NCBI GenBank assembly: GCA_026646655.1 | Contig: JAPKHT010000001.1 | Span: 73,775-137,774 of the forward strand | Direction of reading: 5' to 3' | Origin: Verrucomicrobiia bacterium | Lineage (GTDB): Bacteria > Verrucomicrobiota > Verrucomicrobiia > JADLBR01 | DNA length: 64,000 bases | Shown here: positions 18,095 to 26,247 of the stretch, piece after piece | How the letters are laid out: each line of letters starts with the position of its first letter | Position numbering within the stretch: the first letter of the stretch is position 1 | Position numbers and translations under genes: made by a program | Notes under the pieces: generated by a model | The model's input: the letters and a program-made list of their open reading frames with translations, nothing else | Databases searched by the model: none | Told to the model about the DNA's origin: nothing

Positions 18095-19510
18095 CTAGTT
18101 GGAATTCGGATTCGGCGCGGGCATGGCGGCGCCGGCCTGGGTGCGCCAGCGCTGGAGTTGCTGGAGCAATGATGCGGCTTTGTCCGGCATCCGAGGCGAG
18201 AGATCGATCTTCTCGGCGGGGTCATCCTTGAGGTTGTAGAGCTCGAGCCGGCCGTCCTCGAAGTATTCGAGCAGCTTCCAGTCGCCGGCGCGCACGGCGC
18301 CCACGGGTGTGGTGGTGGCGTAGTAGTGTGGGTAGTGAAAATAGAGGGCCTCGCGGTGGAGCTTGGTGTTGGGTTGTTGCAGCAAGGGTTTGAGGTCGAT
18401 GCCGTCCGCGGCTTCTGTCGATTTTGCGTTGGATAGCGTGGCGTTGAGGGTGTGAAAGAGATCCATCAATACCACGGGTTCACGGCATTCAGCCGCAGGG
18501 GGAGTGACGCCGGGCCAGCGAACGATCAACGGGACGCGGATGCCGCCTTCGTAGAGCGCCCCCTTGCCGGAGCGCAGCGGCGCGTTGCACGTCACGGGCA
18601 CCGCCTGGCCTTTGTCGGTGCCGATGTAGCCGCCGTTGTCGCTGGTGAAGATCACGAGGGTGTTCTCCTCCAGTCCCCGCCTTTTCAAATGATCGAGCAC
18701 CCGCCCCACGCTGTCGTCGAGGCTCTTCACCATCGCGGCATAGACGGCGTTCTGGTGCTGCTGGCCGGGGCGGAGTTTCGCCTCGAAATGCCGGATGTCC
18801 TCGGCCTTCGCCTCGATGGGCGTGTGCGGCGCGTAGTGGGCGAGGTAGAGGAAAAAGGGTTGATCGCCGGCGCGGTCGATCACCCGGAGCGCTTCGTCGG
18901 TGAGCCGGTCGGTGAGGTATTCGCCCGGTTTGCCGAACTCCAGATGCGGCACGTAGCGGAATTCTGGCCCGAAGCGCCCGCTGCCGCTGTACGGCCAGAA
19001 GAACGTCTGCGGCGCGCCCCACTGCGTGCCGCCGACGTTCACGTCGAAACCGTGGGTTTCGGGATAATGGGCCGCGTCGCCGAGGTGCCACTTGCCGACA
19101 AGAGCCGTGAGGTAGCCCGCGTCGCGCAAACGTTGGGCGAGGGTCGTCTCGGTGTGCGGCAGGTCATGAAGCGAGTCCGCCTGGATCAGCTTGCGTTTCT
19201 TCGGGCCGCTGCGCGATCCCTCCGACCAGATCGTCATGTGCAGCCGCGCGGGGTGCTTGCCGGTGAGCAGCGCCGCGCGGCTCGGCGTGCAGACGGACAT
19301 CGCGTAGGCATCGGTGAAGCGCACCGCTTGTCTGGCGAAGAGATCCAGGTGCGGCGTCTCGTGCAAATCCGCGCCGTAGCAGCCGAGATCGCTCCAGCCC
19401 AGATCGTCGGCGAGGATGAGGACGATGTTGGGTTTGCCCGGTTCGGCGGCGTGCAACGCGGCCAGCGGCGCGATCAGGAGGGCGGTGAGGAGTGTGAGGG
19501 TGGTTTTCAT
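18095..19510 (-). CDS. S1-family sulfatase
   Basis: Signal peptide MKTTLTLLTALLIAPLAALHA; NIVLILADDLGWSDLGCYG; formylglycine motif C-T-P-S-R; start codon overlaps the stop of the upstream minus-strand gene (tcat at 19507-19510). Confidence 0.85.
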   Translation of the reverse strand: MKTTLTLLTALLIAPLAALHAAEPGKPNIVLILADDLGWSDLGCYGADLHETPHLDLFARQAVRFTDAYAMSVCTPSRAALLTGKHPARLHMTIWSEGSRSGPKKRKLIQADSLHDLPHTETTLAQRLRDAGYLTALVGKWHLGDAAHYPETHGFDVNVGGTQWGAPQTFFWPYSGSGRFGPEFRYVPHLEFGKPGEYLTDRLTDEALRVIDRAGDQPFFLYLAHYAPHTPIEAKAEDIRHFEAKLRPGQQHQNAVYAAMVKSLDDSVGRVLDHLKRRGLEENTLVIFTSDNGGYIGTDKGQAVPVTCNAPLRSGKGALYEGGIRVPLIVRWPGVTPPAAECREPVVLMDLFHTLNATLSNAKSTEAADGIDLKPLLQQPNTKLHREALYFHYPHYYATTTPVGAVRAGDWKLLEYFEDGRLELYNLKDDPAEKIDLSPRMPDKAASLLQQLQRWRTQAGAAMPAPNPNSN

Positions 19511-21978
19511 GGCTTGGCCTTTTCAATTCGCAGGACCTGGTAATGGGTGAAAGGCGGGATGCGCAGGGTGACGCAGCCGTTGCTGGCGAGGACGTGGCCG
19601 GCGTCGAGGGGCTGCCGCCGGACGTTACCGCCCGCGGTTTCATCGTAGCGGATGCTCTCGACGCGGAGCTTGTCCGTATCCTTCAGATAGGGCACCCGCA
19701 GCGTGACGGTGAAGCCGGAGCTGGTGACGGGGGTGATTTGATCTGTGGCCAGATCGTGGTGGTAATTGACGAGGTCGATGGTGAGTTCACCGGGGTTCGT
19801 TTGGCTCCGGTTGGCGTAGATGCCGACATGCTCGGGTGCGTTGGCCGCCGTGAGCACGGGGTGATGCTCACTGGCCCCCTGGAGGTTACTGCGAAGCGGC
19901 TCGGACTTGCCGGGATCCACATGATAGTCGAGGCCGGGCTTGGTTTTGATGAGGGTGACCTGGCCAGGGAATCGCTCGGCGAGCGGGGTGATGATGTCTT
20001 TGTCGCAAGGCAGGAGCAGTGCCTTTGGTCCGGTGAAGGCGCCGGTCTCGCCGGTGACGAGGAGCCTCCCGCCCTGCTTCAGATAGCCCTCGAGCACGGC
20101 CAGGTGGTCGGCGGTGATCACGAGGACCGAGGGGAGGATGACCAGCTTGAAGCGTGTCAGATCCTTGAGCGCGACATTGTCGAACGGGACGACATCCCAC
20201 TGCGGGAAGTCGCGCGCGGAGGCGAGGTATTGCGCCCAGCCGAGGAACTCGGAGGCGTGGCGCTTCGTCACCGCCTGGTTCCACGCCCACGGGGGCTGCG
20301 CGGCGATCTGGCTCCAGGAGCTGGACGCCAGGCCGATATCGGCGAGGTATTCGCGCCCCGAGATGACGGGAGCGACCCCATTCAGGAAGGCGTGAAGATT
20401 CCCGGCGGAACAAATCGAGCCGGGCGAGTAACCGCCATCGAAGGTGAGCGAGAAGGCGGGGATGCCGCGATTCGCGACGAGGTCGAAGTAGATCACCTTG
20501 TGCAGGGTCTCGTAGTGGCGGCGCGTGAAACCCGCGCCATCCCAGCCGCTGTATTGCGGCTCGACATAGGGATCCACGATGGCATGGCCCGTCACCCCGA
20601 TCTTGGCCGCCATGCGCGGGCCGATCCCCAGCCGTGCCTGCGGGTAGTAACCGAGCGGCTTCACAAACGCGGTGAAGGTCTTGAACGCGGGCCATTCGAA
20701 ATTCGCCATGTCCACGCAGTCGCGCTGGAGGAAGAGGGCGCTGAGCATGGGGATGACGTTCGCGACCATGGGCACATCCCGCCCGAGCTCGCGCGCCGCC
20801 TGTTTGTTCAGGCGATAAATCTCCTTCATGCTGGCCAGACGTTCCTCGATGCAGGCGATCTGGAAGGCCCGCCACACCTTGTCGGAGAGCCAGCGGGCAT
20901 CGGCGGCGCTGCGCCACAGCGGCTGATCGCCCGAGCCTTTGTACTCCGGACGCCAGGGCGGATTCAGCAGATAGCCCAGCACGTCGAAGGCGCCGACTTC
21001 GGACTTCTCGAATCCCAACGCCCGGCAGTCCGCGTCCGTGAAATGCCGCTTCACAAACTCGTGAAACGAGGCGACGTGGATGTCCGCCCTGAGGTTCATC
21101 GCGGTGGGCGAGCGCAGATCCCAGTCGTCGTAATGGATCATGTCGGGCGCCAGCACCTCCATGGCGCGGCGTCCCTTGGCGGCCTGATAGCGCGCGAACT
21201 GGGCGTCGTAGAGCATGGGGACTTCTGACTGCACCAACCACTGACCGTCCGAGCGCTGCGCGGTGATGCTCTTGAGATCGAGCGCTTCCGCCAGGTCGTC
21301 GGCGATGGGCGCATACTTCTCGAAACCCTCGCCGCTCTCGCTCCCCTCGCCACCCTCCCCGATGAGCGTTGACGAGGAGCGCGTGCGCCAGAACTCCGCT
21401 TCATTCGTGATGACGCTGCCGCCCAGCGGATGGGTGAAGGGTGGGAGGCCGATGTCCTTCGCCGTCGGGAGCGGTTGGCCGAGGCTCGTCTTCAGGTCGG
21501 GCGATTGAAGGAAATGCCAGTCGCTGATCCAGACGGTGCGACCCCCGGGCTTGATGAGGTTTTCGACGTAACGGCGCCGTTGCGGATTGCTCAGGTCTTC
21601 CAGCAGACTCGATGTGAATAGCACGCGTCCATCGGCGGAGACCCGGGCGAGCACCTTTCTCGCGGTGCAGCCTTCGATGTAGATGACGCGTTTCGTTTCA
21701 GGATGACGCGCAAAGGCCTGCTCATGCGCGCGCATCCATGGCATGTCACGCGCGAGGTCCGCCTCCCATACGCCGCTGTAACCGACCGCGCCGAGGCTGG
21801 CCGCCGTGGTGCGCAGCGTTCCAAGATGCGGCGAGACAAAATTCCCGTGGCCGTCGAACGACATCGAGAACATCCGGTGCCACCACGCCTCCCCGTCCCG
21901 CAGGCAGTGCGGCTGCGGGCCCGGAGCGGCCGCGTGGACGGAGGCGGCAAATGCCAGCAAGAGAACAACGAGCCTCAT
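19507..21978 (-). CDS. large secreted hypothetical protein (823 aa) with GH42-like trimerisation/GHL domain
   Basis: Signal peptide MRLVVLLLAFAASVHA; segment FKLVILPSVLVITADHLAVLEGYLKQGGRLLVTGETG resembles the beta-galactosidase trimerisation / glycoside-hydrolase-like fold; 4-nt overlap with the downstream sulfatase. Confidence 0.7.
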   Translation of the reverse strand: MRLVVLLLAFAASVHAAAPGPQPHCLRDGEAWWHRMFSMSFDGHGNFVSPHLGTLRTTAASLGAVGYSGVWEADLARDMPWMRAHEQAFARHPETKRVIYIEGCTARKVLARVSADGRVLFTSSLLEDLSNPQRRRYVENLIKPGGRTVWISDWHFLQSPDLKTSLGQPLPTAKDIGLPPFTHPLGGSVITNEAEFWRTRSSSTLIGEGGEGSESGEGFEKYAPIADDLAEALDLKSITAQRSDGQWLVQSEVPMLYDAQFARYQAAKGRRAMEVLAPDMIHYDDWDLRSPTAMNLRADIHVASFHEFVKRHFTDADCRALGFEKSEVGAFDVLGYLLNPPWRPEYKGSGDQPLWRSAADARWLSDKVWRAFQIACIEERLASMKEIYRLNKQAARELGRDVPMVANVIPMLSALFLQRDCVDMANFEWPAFKTFTAFVKPLGYYPQARLGIGPRMAAKIGVTGHAIVDPYVEPQYSGWDGAGFTRRHYETLHKVIYFDLVANRGIPAFSLTFDGGYSPGSICSAGNLHAFLNGVAPVISGREYLADIGLASSSWSQIAAQPPWAWNQAVTKRHASEFLGWAQYLASARDFPQWDVVPFDNVALKDLTRFKLVILPSVLVITADHLAVLEGYLKQGGRLLVTGETGAFTGPKALLLPCDKDIITPLAERFPGQVTLIKTKPGLDYHVDPGKSEPLRSNLQGASEHHPVLTAANAPEHVGIYANRSQTNPGELTIDLVNYHHDLATDQITPVTSSGFTVTLRVPYLKDTDKLRVESIRYDETAGGNVRRQPLDAGHVLASNGCVTLRIPPFTHYQVLRIEKAKP

Positions 21979-22010
21979 GGTATGGTGCCAATGACTTTCA
22001 CGGGGTTCGG

Positions 22011-22056
22011 TTCTAGCAGCCTGTCGGACCTTACCAAGTCCGACAGGCTGCTAGAA
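22011..22056. promoter_or_regulatory. perfect 19-bp inverted repeat TTCTAGCAGCCTGTCGGAC-N8-GTCCGACAGGCTGCTAGAA, candidate operator
   Basis: Read directly: arms 22011-22029 and 22038-22056 are exact reverse complements; 35-80 nt upstream of the minus-strand gene start at 21978. Confidence 0.6.
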
Positions 22057-22189
22057 TGCAAAACCGCCTGATTTCTAGATAGTTACACTGGAGGGGCGGT
22101 GGGTGGGACACCACTCTTGAGCCACAGTCTGGAACCGGGATGCTCTTCCGTAACTTTTTTGCTATTAGATAGAAGGCGGTTTTGCCAGA

Positions 22190-22220
22190 GGAATCTGTCG
22201 GACAAAGTCCGACAGATTCC
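22190..22220. promoter_or_regulatory. perfect 14-bp inverted repeat GGAATCTGTCGGAC-aaa-GTCCGACAGATTCC sharing the CTGTCGGAC core with 22011-22056
   Basis: Exact reverse-complement arms 22190-22203 / 22207-22220. Confidence 0.55.
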
Positions 22221-22223
22221 TAG

Positions 22224-22340
22224 GGTGCCTTCCATCCGCTTGGCCCGTGCCTCGTCCGCTTGGTCCTCGCCGCCCTACTGCTGCCGCCGTTGCACGCCGC
22301 GGATGCGCCGAAGCCCACAGGCCCATCACGCCGGCGGTAG
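22224..22340 (+). pseudogene. remnant of a sulfatase 5' end (signal-peptide cassette + AADAPKP), no start codon, truncated by TAG
   Basis: Frame translates ...LVLAALLLPPLHAADAPKPTGPSRRR*; the DNA gcggatgcgccgaagccca is near-identical to gccgatgcgccgaagccca at the 5' end of sulfatase 11452..12798; bounded by stops. Confidence 0.4.
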
Positions 22341-22859
22341 GTTCTCCAGGTCGTCCAGATCCTTGTGGCGGGCCGCGCGCTCCTTCAATCTGCGGAGCCA
22401 TCGGAGTGAGACAAAACGGAGGTCTCCCATGGGCACGCTGTCGGCGAATAGATCCTGGGGTGACACGTCGGGAAATCCCGGGATAGAATCGTAGATATCC
22501 ACGAATCCGGCGTCGGTGGTCAGCATCATCAGGTGATTCGCCATCAGGTAGGCCGCGGAAACCGGCACCTGGCGCTCGATGCCGGTGGACGGATCGATCT
22601 CATCGCTGATCCAGCGGGCGTTCACGGATTCCAGCGCCTTCAGGAGCCGCGCCTCCGACTCTGGCGTGCGGAGGAATACGATATCCGCGTCCTCCGTCGT
22701 CCTCACGTATCCGTGGAAGTTGACCGCATGGCCACCGATCACCACGAACGGCACCCCGGCCCGCGCCAGCACATCGAGGATCCCGCCCGGTTCCATAATC
22801 ACCGCGGCGACCAGCGGATGCGGCGCTTCCTCAGATTGCGTTCCCAGTACCGCCGCCAT
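22326..22859 (-). CDS. hypothetical protein with minimal nucleotidyltransferase-fold motif (possible toxin/antitoxin-type NTase)
   Basis: Coding-like codon usage; motif VVIGGHAVNFHGYVRTTEDADIVF fits the pol-beta NTase signature G[GS]-x9-13-D-x-D; an internal Met (MEPGG, 22796) would start 2 nt after the stop of the small upstream ORF. Confidence 0.45.
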   Translation of the reverse strand: MAAVLGTQSEEAPHPLVAAVIMEPGGILDVLARAGVPFVVIGGHAVNFHGYVRTTEDADIVFLRTPESEARLLKALESVNARWISDEIDPSTGIERQVPVSAAYLMANHLMMLTTDAGFVDIYDSIPGFPDVSPQDLFADSVPMGDLRFVSLRWLRRLKERAARHKDLDDLENLPPA

Positions 22860-22981
22860 CCTTCGGGCGAAGCCTTCAGAAGGTCAAACGCCTGCCGCTG
22901 GAGTCGCGCGAAGCGCTCCATCCGCTCTTCCGGCGAGGCGCGCCACGCGTTCTTTGCCGGAATGGTTCGGGTGTCATCCAC
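22799..22981 (-). CDS. small hypothetical protein (60 aa), possible partner/antitoxin of the NTase-fold gene
   Basis: Short ORF immediately upstream and overlapping or abutting 22326..22859 on the same strand; basic C-terminus; no recognisable family. Confidence 0.3.
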   Translation of the reverse strand: MDDTRTIPAKNAWRASPEERMERFARLQRQAFDLLKASPEGWRRYWERNLRKRRIRWSPR

Positions 22982-23060
22982 GGGACAGAAAGATATGCGA
23001 TCCGCGCTTCCGTCTCAACCGTGTTTCTGTCTCCCCATCCTGCTCGTGGGCTGGTTGCGC

Positions 23061-23106
23061 CTGTCGCAATATTTGCGACATGACACCCGGCGCCGACAGG
23101 CTGCTA
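23061..23106. promoter_or_regulatory. palindrome CTGTCGCAATATTTGCGACATG plus half-site CGACAGGCTGCTA, 20-65 nt upstream of the 23127 ATG and next to a TATAAA
   Basis: tgtcgcaa/ttgcgaca inverted repeat; CGACAGGCTGCTA repeats the arm of the 22011-22056 palindrome; gctgcTATAAAgggg lies 10 nt before the start codon. Confidence 0.45.
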
Positions 23107-23126
23107 TAAAGGGGCATAGACCTAGG

Positions 23127-24965
23127 ATGAAGACCACCCGCCTGATCCTCATCGCCGCATTGTTGGCGCCTCTGGCCGAACCGGGGGCCGCCGAAACCGG
23201 TTTCCGATCCAAGCACCTCGCCGTGGGGCTCGCGCGCGCGGCGCCGGCGTTCAACCGCTTCGCCGTGGACTCGCTGGGCCAGGGCGAGGTCGAGCAGAAT
23301 CCCGTGCTTGCGGAGACCCATGCGTTCGAGGGCCTCGCCTTGGAGGGACAGACCTATCGGTTGAACGGCATGCCGGTATGGACCGTGGCGTGGGAGGAGA
23401 GGGTGCTATCGCTGCGCTCCGAATGTGCTGGAGGCGCCGTTGCCCCGCCATTCACGGTCACGTTCGATCAGAAGGCGAATCACGCGACACTGCTTGGGTT
23501 GATGGAACCCGGTGAGCGGCAGATGGGGGTGCCGTGCCTGCTGCACCTGCCGGACATGGGGACCCTGCGCATCACCTGCGACGCGCCCGGGGTGAAACTC
23601 GACTACGACGCGCGGCGAAGCGTCAAGCCCGCGTTCGTGAGCGTCGCATTCCCTGCGGCGACGGCGAAGAGGCCCCGGGTGGAGTATCGGCTGGAGGTCG
23701 TGTCCATCCACCCGCGACTGCCCGGGATCGAGGGCAACTCCCTGTATGATGGCTTCCGGCGGGACTGGCTGAATATTTTCCAGGTCAACCCCCGGGTGCA
23801 GATGCTGGCGAACAACGCGTCCAGCGACCCGTGCGCCTTTACGCTATTCGAGTATTCGGATCTCGCGCGGCACACGCCGCCTCTGGCCGAGGGCCTGACC
23901 GCCAACGATTTGATCCGCATGACGCTGGACCGCTATATCTCCGGCGCGCTGGGCTACGGCCAGATCGGCTATGCCTGCAAGCCGACCGACGCCGACCTCA
24001 TCTCCTGGCCGACGCCCTGGACCACGCTCGATACCCTGCCTTCATTCCTGATCTCGGCCTGCAATTACGTGGAGGGCTCGGGCGACACGGACTGGGCGCG
24101 CGCCAATCACGGGAAGCTGGCCGCATGGGGGAGGGAGATGTTTGCCGCGGACAGGGATGGCAACGGCCTCGTGGAATACCCGGGCACCGGCAACTTCGGG
24201 GAGCGCCCGACGCGCGAGCGGCGTCCCTCCAATTGGTGGGACACGATCAACTTCGGCCACGAGGACGCCTTTGGCAACGCGCTGGTCTATCGGGCCGGGA
24301 CGATGTTCGCCGAACTCGCCCGGCGGTTGGGGCGCGAGGAGGATGGGCGGTTCTTCGCCGAAAAGGCCGATAGGCTGCGCGCCGCCTACGCGCCGGCCCT
24401 GCGGAATCCCGCGACCGGCGTGATCGCGGGATGGAAGAGCGCGGACGGGCAATTGCACGACTACTGGTTCACTTTCGTGCAGGGCATGGCGGTGACCTTC
24501 GGCCTGCTGGATGAGGAGATGGCCAACGACGTCATGGATCGCCTGCTGGCGAAGATGCGGGAGGTGGGCTATTCGCGGTTTGAGCTTGGACTGCCGGGCA
24601 ATCTCGTTCCGGTGAAAAAGGGCGACTATGTGGATCACGAGGGACCCCCCGAGCGCCACGGGGTCCCGCAGCGCGACGACGGCTCGGACGGCTTCCAGTT
24701 CTACGAGAATGGCGGGGCGACCGGCTGCTGGAGCTACTACACGGTCAAGGCATTGTACCAGCTCGGCCGCGCCGAGGACGCGCGGCGCATCTTCCACCCG
24801 ATGTTGCGGGCGTATGCCCGGGGCGAGTTTCAGGGCTTCGGCGAGAACGGCATGTCGCGCGACTGGCGCGATTGGGCAGGCGGCTGCCACGGGTACGAGG
24901 GGCTGCTGGTGGACAACTACCACGCGCTGTTGGGGGTATTAGATGACGTGGGGGCGAACCCGTGA
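23127..24965 (+). CDS. secreted hypothetical protein, probable (alpha/alpha)6 six-hairpin glycosidase-like
   Basis: Signal peptide MKTTRLILIAALLAPLAEPGAA; helical repeat content with conserved aromatic/acidic residues (WWDTINFGHEDAFGNALVYRAG...YWFTFVQGMAV...YENGGATGCWSYYTVKALYQLG) typical of six-hairpin glycosidases. Confidence 0.65.
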   Translation: MKTTRLILIAALLAPLAEPGAAETGFRSKHLAVGLARAAPAFNRFAVDSLGQGEVEQNPVLAETHAFEGLALEGQTYRLNGMPVWTVAWEERVLSLRSECAGGAVAPPFTVTFDQKANHATLLGLMEPGERQMGVPCLLHLPDMGTLRITCDAPGVKLDYDARRSVKPAFVSVAFPAATAKRPRVEYRLEVVSIHPRLPGIEGNSLYDGFRRDWLNIFQVNPRVQMLANNASSDPCAFTLFEYSDLARHTPPLAEGLTANDLIRMTLDRYISGALGYGQIGYACKPTDADLISWPTPWTTLDTLPSFLISACNYVEGSGDTDWARANHGKLAAWGREMFAADRDGNGLVEYPGTGNFGERPTRERRPSNWWDTINFGHEDAFGNALVYRAGTMFAELARRLGREEDGRFFAEKADRLRAAYAPALRNPATGVIAGWKSADGQLHDYWFTFVQGMAVTFGLLDEEMANDVMDRLLAKMREVGYSRFELGLPGNLVPVKKGDYVDHEGPPERHGVPQRDDGSDGFQFYENGGATGCWSYYTVKALYQLGRAEDARRIFHPMLRAYARGEFQGFGENGMSRDWRDWAGGCHGYEGLLVDNYHALLGVLDDVGANP

Positions 24966-24973
24966 GGCGCGCG

Positions 24974-26110
24974 ATGAGGCTGGCGGTCTTCCTGCTCTTG
25001 GTGCCGCTGGCGGGGCTCTGCGCCGTTCGGTGCACGGTGGCTGCGCCCGGGGCAAAGCCCATGCTCCTTGCCGCGTACTACTGCTGGTACCACTCCGGCG
25101 ACCATCCGACAAAGGCGTGGCTGCACTGGACGTACCCGTCCTCGGCGACCAACGCCGTGGCGCTGAGGGCGCAGCGGCCCGGCGAACCGCCGATGGCCAG
25201 CGTGTTTCGGCCGCTCGCGGGATTCTATGACAGCGCGGATCCGGCCGTGGCCGAATGGCACGTGAAACTCGCGCGCGCTGCAGGGATCGACGCGTTCCTG
25301 GTCGATTGGTGGGACGCGCACAACGGGCTCGACAAGATGGTGGACGAGGGGATTGTCGCCGCGTGCGAGAGGCAGGGGTTCAAGTTCGCGTTGCTCGACG
25401 AGCGCGCCCAATTCCACAACGACGAGGGGCAATACCGCGCGATGCTCGCCCGCGCGTTGCGCCGATACAAGGACAGCCCGGTCTACCTGCGGCTCGATGG
25501 CCGGCCGGCCGTGTACCTGTATCAGGTGGCCAATGATCCGGGCCTGCGCCCAGAGACCTTCACCGAGCTGAAGAAACACGTCGAGGCCGAGGTCGGGCCG
25601 GTGTACTGGATCGTGGACAAGATCGCGCACGACCCCAAGGCGGCGCGGGCGGGTGATGCCGACCGCGTCAAGTGCATCCCCAAGGAATGGCTCGCCACGC
25701 CTGGCATCGACAGCTTTGCGTTCTACAGCACCTTTTCGAATTTCAAGGCCCACCGGTACGACGAGTTGATCGGAAAGTATCGCTACCTCGCGCAACTCGC
25801 GCACGGCGCGGGGAAGAAGATGCTGTTGCCGGCGCATCCCGGTCACGACAACTCGCACTTCAATCCGGCGCCCTATGTCATGCCGCGGCGCGACGGCCAG
25901 ACCCTGCGCGACTACCTCCGCGCGGCCACGGACGCCGGCGCGGATTTCATCATGGTGACCAGTTGGAATGAGTGGCCAGAATCCACCGTGGTTGAGCCCT
26001 CCTCCTCGTGGCCCGATCCCTATCGGTACCTGAGGATCCTGGCCGAGTGGAAGGGGGTCGCCTTTGGTGCCGGACCTTTGCCGCCGCTTCCCGGGCGGAC
26101 CGGAAACTGA
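24974..26110 (+). CDS. GH99/GH71-like (beta/alpha)8 glycoside hydrolase
   Basis: N-terminus LLAAYYCWYHSGDHPTKAWLHWTYP matches the GH99-type YYxWYG...W.HW motif; VTSWNEWPESTVVEP matches (I/V)TSFNEWhE; a GTG at 24962 is an alternative start that overlaps the upstream stop. Confidence 0.65.
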   Translation: MRLAVFLLLVPLAGLCAVRCTVAAPGAKPMLLAAYYCWYHSGDHPTKAWLHWTYPSSATNAVALRAQRPGEPPMASVFRPLAGFYDSADPAVAEWHVKLARAAGIDAFLVDWWDAHNGLDKMVDEGIVAACERQGFKFALLDERAQFHNDEGQYRAMLARALRRYKDSPVYLRLDGRPAVYLYQVANDPGLRPETFTELKKHVEAEVGPVYWIVDKIAHDPKAARAGDADRVKCIPKEWLATPGIDSFAFYSTFSNFKAHRYDELIGKYRYLAQLAHGAGKKMLLPAHPGHDNSHFNPAPYVMPRRDGQTLRDYLRAATDAGADFIMVTSWNEWPESTVVEPSSSWPDPYRYLRILAEWKGVAFGAGPLPPLPGRTGN

Positions 26111-26137
26111 AGTCAAGAATCGATATCCGTCGGTCAA
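26111..26137 (+). promoter_or_regulatory. direct-repeat motif AGTCAAGAATCGATATCCGTCGGTCAA (GGTCAA-N15-GGTCAA family), copy 1
   Basis: Begins 1 nt after the TGA of the upstream gene, ~110 nt upstream of the GH29 start; the same architecture occurs at 44955 and 60075. Confidence 0.45.
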
Positions 26138-26247
26138 AGGGAGACATTTCTTTCCTGGCTGCGACCAGGCATCCTGTCCCCGCCGATGTATTGCGCGGAT
26201 CGAGATTTCCGCGGTGACACAGCAGAGGAGTGAAAGGAAACGGCGCC

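Noticed and set aside
22099-22494. 131-aa + strand ORF across the palindrome/remnant region
   Set aside because: Low-complexity, no start context, and it overlaps the better-supported sulfatase remnant frame and the minus-strand module.
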